Shown here: positions 63,883 to 64,000 of the stretch, one piece after another
Numbering within the stretch: the stretch's first letter is position 1
Layout of the letters: each line of letters begins with the position of its first letter
NCBI GenBank assembly: GCA_951406725.2
Contig: OX597814.1
Location: 119,288,001-119,352,000, forward strand
From: Octopus vulgaris
Lineage: Eukaryota
Length of the DNA stretch: 64,000 nt
Direction: 5' to 3'
The notes under the pieces: generated by a model
Seen by the model: the letters and a program-made list of their open reading frames with translations, nothing else
Database searches by the model: none
What the model was told of the DNA's origin: nothing
Position numbers and translations under genes: made by a program

Positions 63883-63928
63883 AACAAAACGTTTCGGCTG
63901 ATATACCCTCCAGCCTTCTTCAGGTGTC
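63883..63928 (-). ncRNA. Minimal hammerhead ribozyme, intact core
   Basis: Minus strand: GACAC CTGAAGA A GGCTG-GAGGGTATAT-CAGCC GAAA C GTT TTGTT. Perfect 5-bp stem II and one stem I mismatch; lies next to an (ATT)n tract. Confidence 0.8.
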
Positions 63929-64000
63929 TTGGGGAAATTTCGAAACTTGGTTCTCATTCCTAAAGTATTTTCGATGTTATTATTATTATTATTGTTGTTG

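Noticed and set aside
1-64000. CRISPR array or prokaryotic operon
   Set aside because: There are no regularly spaced direct repeats with unique spacers and no gene-dense coding; the sequence is eukaryotic repeat-rich DNA.

Overview
This is AT-rich, microsatellite-dense eukaryotic DNA with no host protein-coding gene that I can support, so it is probably intergenic or inside a large intron. The repeat landscape looks like an octopod cephalopod genome; that is an inference from pattern recognition, not a database match. Nearly all ORFs in the track are microsatellite or SINE read-throughs. Real coding relics are a near full-length decayed RTE-clade LINE (about 32.99-36.90 kb), a full-length defective mariner (12.34-13.62 kb), two further mariner fragments, a mariner MITE, and fragments of Penelope GIY-YIG, CR1-group, L1/Tx1, CRE-like and RTE elements. 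There is also a non-autonomous Helitron and many copies of at least three tRNA-headed SINE families. The signal the ORF track misses is about a dozen minimal hammerhead-ribozyme motifs (CUGANGA-stem II-GAAA-palindromic stem III-UH) on both strands. Most sit in short non-coding inserts beside (TA)n tracts. They include a ~185-bp three-copy family, one motif in the spacer of a 125-bp-arm inverted repeat, and one with its catalytic core cleanly deleted. All folds and alignments were done by eye and coordinates of decayed elements are approximate.
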